Positions 59,774 to 64,000 of a DNA stretch of 64,000 nucleotides are shown here, in pieces; position 1 is the first letter of the stretch; every line of letters starts with the position of its first letter. The stretch spans positions 171,182,001 to 171,246,000 of the forward strand of contig OX597814.1 in the NCBI GenBank assembly GCA_951406725.2, given 5' to 3'. The notes below the pieces were generated by a model, which ran no database searches, had not been told where the DNA came from, and was given only the letters and a program-made list of their open reading frames with translations. Made by a program: the position numbers and the translations under genes. Source of the DNA: Octopus vulgaris. Lineage: Eukaryota.

Positions 59774-59930
59774 TGAGAGAGAGAGAGAGTGCGTATTCAT
59801 GTATACATTTGCATATATTTAAGTACATATATACAGGTATATATAATTATACACATGTGCAACTACGTATATGATATATACATATCATATATCATAACCA
59901 CATATATATATAAAAAATAAAGAAATTTGG

Positions 59931-59965
<35 letters not shown>

Positions 59966-60000
59966 CAAAATATTTATAAGTACGTTATGCATATATATTG

Positions 60001-60054
<54 letters not shown>

Positions 60055-60080
60055 AAATAATTAGATATATGTGTATTAAT

Positions 60081-60133
<53 letters not shown>

Positions 60134-60318
60134 CATGTGAATACACACACACAAATAAACATAGCAGTACTATATAACTATATAAATGTGTGTGTAGCCG
60201 AAATTGCGAGGATGATCCGGTTCTTGACTGAAGATCGAAGGCTTCGAATGTCCCGTCCGTGTTTTTTGTATCGTCTTCTAAATGTTTTGCGTTCTTGTCC
60301 CAGTTTGTATTTTTCACA

Positions 60319-60371
<53 letters not shown>

Positions 60372-60580
60372 CTGTTGTGTGTGTGTGTGTTACTGTGTGC
60401 GCACGCGTCCTTGCGCGTATTTCTTTCTACCTGTTTGTTTACAGTCTCAAAATCGCTGAGCTAGACGCGGTGACGTTGATGACATTTCACCTGTCAATAG
60501 TTTGTGCGATGTCTTTGTGCCTTCGAAGTGTCTAATACGGTAGCTCTTTGATGAAAAGCAGTTAAGGGTTAGCGACATTT

Positions 60581-60667
<87 letters not shown>

Positions 60668-60951
60668 GCATATATGTATAGATATAATATGTTTGTATAT
60701 TTATACGCATATATATCGTATATATGTATATAATTTAAAATGAATATAAAAACATCCACTCTCTGTATATCTATGTATATGTGTGTATGTGTGTGTAATA
60801 TATGTATGCATATGCACACATACACGCATGTATACATATATATACACATATATACATCCATGTATATTTTATATTTACTTATATATATATTGTATGACAG
60901 CGCCCTCGCGTCGATTCGATTCGATTCGTTCCGTTCTTATTCTCCAAGTAC

Positions 60952-60997
<46 letters not shown>

Positions 60998-61359
60998 TAT
61001 ATGTGTGTATGTGTATGTAAGATATATGTAAGTGTGCACTGAATGAAAAGTTTGAAAAATGAAAAAAAAAAATGAAAAAAATATTATTAAGTACACATTT
61101 ATTTTTAACATACCATTTTAATTAAGTCATTATATATATTATTAGATTATCATTCCATTGTGGAATTATTATGCTCTTTAATCCTTGAATATATCTCACA
61201 GGCAAAATATTACTCATTAGGCTTATGTATGACGTCGTGGACTTGCAATGTCCAAAGGTCTTAAATACGTATTCTCTCTCTCTACATATTTTTGAGATAT
61301 ATTTATTCCTACCCCGTCGTATTTTAGCATACAGGTAGCCTAGCTTTCACCACTACCAA

Positions 61360-61434
<75 letters not shown>

Positions 61435-61692
61435 CATTGCTGCTGCTCCTGCCCGTACCTCGCCATCCACAAAAAAATACGAACTAAAAATGCAATAAGT
61501 GCCGAAGTGAAAGTTGCTCTCGAAATTGTATTAGTCATTGATAAGGTCACAGACTGTGACGAAAGGACTTTGACAGACTAATCAACTAACCAATTGATCA
61601 ATTAGAGTAATTATCTAATTGATTGGTAATAAAACTAACGTGGGACATTGTCTATGAGTGTGCTTTTATGGGTAGCATGAGTTTCCGAAGTT

Positions 61693-61753
<61 letters not shown>

Positions 61754-61982
61754 GCATACACACTCACACACACACGTTACTAAAAACTGACGAGCAGTTC
61801 TTTTGTAATTGTCAATTTGAGGAGCCATTATGCGGCAGTTAAAACGTCCATGCGTTTTTACATACAGCTTGCACTGCAGGACATTCCTTTCATTAGCTCT
61901 CAAGAACAGATCACTACAATTTTAGTACCTTTTAATCAACAATTTCATATCCCTTCATCGCTATTGAACAGCAATGATGCTA

Positions 61983-62369
61983 CTAGCGGTCTCATATGAA
62001 AATGACCCTAGTATCGACCTATTGCATTTTAATCTATTTTAGGGTTAGGGTTTGAGTTAGGGTTAGTTAGGGTTAGGGGAAGGGTATCTTTTTTTCTTCA
62101 GAAATGTAAATAAACCCAATCTGTTTCTTAAACGAGGGACATTTTCATATGGCACAGAATGTTTTCACCTCAATAGACGTCATTGATTGGTTGAAATTGC
62201 AGAAATTGAAGAAGAAAAAACAACAAATATCTTACAAACTATTGAATTTTCTCAATAAAGCCAAGAGAAAAAGATGTTTATAAACACATTCTACCAGTAT
62301 ACGAAGTTTAAAAGTGTTTAGTTACGTGGAAATTATTAACAAAAACTGCCGTTCAAACCGAAAAGATCC
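61983..62369. mobile_element. GGATC-family MITE (one TIR lost) with internal (TTAGGG)n
   Basis: Reverse-orientation paralogue of 44163-44589; ends gttcaaaccgaaaagatcc; ttagggttagggtttgagttagggttagttagggttaggg at 62039-62078. Confidence 0.8.
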
Positions 62370-62913
62370 GTAATTTGTCCTGAACACTGTTAAATTCATC
62401 TTGTGTCCAACTCCTGTTAATCGCCTCCACTGGCGGCCATTTCTGATTCTCTTTACTGTCTAAGTAAGTACTACAGCAATGTTTTATACAATAGATTTTT
62501 CATCCTGTTTGAACTCCGATAAACACATCCCAGCTACATGCTTGACGTGATATGTCAATGCATGAAAAGACTATTGCATATATGTTCCCTATCTGGGGAG
62601 ACATTTTTAGGGCATTTATAATCCGTTAGACCTTTCATATTGTTCCTGATATTTTATAGGTTGTTGCTATATCATCTTTCTGAGACTTCGCTCCATCCTT
62701 CTGAAATTTCACCTTTAATTCCCAAAGTGCCACACACTTTTTGTGGCAGTCTTTTTCACCAATATTTTACATACAGCTATGTTTCCCAGCTATTCTTATA
62801 ATCAGGCGTCCATGAGTACATATTCCGACAGTATTGCTCCCTCTAACGGTTTTCAGGAGCATTTAAGCTATCAGGGAATGTCTGGGTTATTTTGATCTAC
62901 ACTATAGAATACT

Positions 62914-63594
62914 GGATCTTTACCCTTTGACCTACAGATTTAAAAAATAATTCTTTGTAACTAAATACTTTCAAACTTCGGACACTGGTAGAATGTGTCA
63001 TATAAAACATGTTTTACTCTTAGCATATTTGAGAAAACTTATATTTACGAAGTAATTTCACGTTAAAGTAGGCCTATTTCGGTAATTTCAACCAATCAAT
63101 GGCGTTTATTCAGCTGAATAAAATTACTGCCGTTGTTTGTCAACAAGAACTTCCGGCAGTGTATTTTTCGTTTGTCACTGTTATTTATGACAACCCTAAC
63201 CCTAACCCTAAAACCTTAACCCTAAACCTAACCCTAAAACCCTAACCCTAGCACCCTAACCCTAAAACTCTGACCCTAAAACCGTAAAGATAAAACCAGT
63301 ACAAACGCACGAACGATGTCATAAATAACAATGACAAACGAGAAATACACCACCGATAGTTGTTGACAAACAACGGCAGTAATTTTATTCAGCTGAATAC
63401 ACGTCATTGATTGGTTGAAATTACCGAAATAGGCTTACTTTAACGTGAAATTACTTCGTAAATATAAGTTTTTCTCAAAAATGCTAAGAGTAAAAGATGT
63501 TTTATATGACACATTCTACCAGTGTCCGAAGTTTGAAAGTGTTTAGTTACAAAAAATTATTTTTTTAAATCTGTAGGTCAAAAGGTAAAGCTTC
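62914..63594. mobile_element. 681-bp foldback MITE with ~280-bp TIRs, 8-bp TSD and central (CCCTAA)n array
   Basis: 62914-63192 is the reverse complement of 63317-63594; TSD agaatact/agtatact; degenerate CCCTAA repeats at 63193-63280. Confidence 0.9.
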
Positions 63595-64000
63595 AGTATA
63601 CTTTTCTCTCTCTTGTTATCCTTGTGACTACTACATCGAAGCAGTTGCAGCTATGTCACCACTTCTGTCATATAGCATCTCTCTTGTATACTTCTGGCAA
63701 ACGATCTGTTCTTCGTCCCTTCGCTTAGGTCTTCACTCTCATACTTTTCTCCAGATTACTTTGGTGTCTGTTGAAACTGCATCAGGTTCACTCTTGAACA
63801 CTGTTTGTGTCGTCTGTTATTGGTCTTCCTTCATCTGGCCATCAGTTTTTCTCCAAAAAGAAAAGCTTTACTTTGTAATCTGTCCGTCTGTGTGGCTAAT
63901 AAAGAAACATATTTTGCATTGAATTGGCGCCACAACCTTATCCAAATCTATCACAGCATGTTTCATGGATAAATGAAAAAAAAAAAAAAAACATGGTTAT

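Noticed and set aside
62395-62900. Possible decayed L1/Tx1-like coding relic on the minus strand
   Set aside because: Many stops; only a vague motif resemblance, not supportable without a translated search
63193-63280. True telomere or chromosome-fusion scar
   Set aside because: Short, degenerate, single orientation and enclosed by TIRs with a TSD

Overview
Gene-poor, AT-rich, extremely microsatellite-dense animal genomic DNA. It is almost certainly an octopus/coleoid cephalopod intron or intergenic region; this is inferred from the tRNA-derived SINE families and the (TA)n/(CA)n/(TATG)n/(GATA)n load. No intact host protein-coding gene is supportable, and nearly all ORFs in the track are microsatellite artefacts. 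The window is a mosaic of: (i) three tRNA-derived SINE families, one forming head-to-tail multimers and one carrying an internal microsatellite, plus an older (CAA)n-tailed repeat; (ii) 5'-truncated LINE fragments of CR1-like, RTE-like, R4/Dong-like and other REL-endonuclease types; (iii) several MITEs, including a GGATC...GATCC family with 8-bp TSDs whose members carry internal (TTAGGG)n telomeric repeats; (iv) about ten minimal hammerhead-ribozyme-like motifs in short Penelope-like terminal repeats sitting in (TA)n tracts; (v) a pre-miRNA-like hairpin near 17.75 kb and one candidate minus-strand exon near 23.1 kb. All family assignments were made by eye, and boundaries are approximate unless a TSD is quoted.
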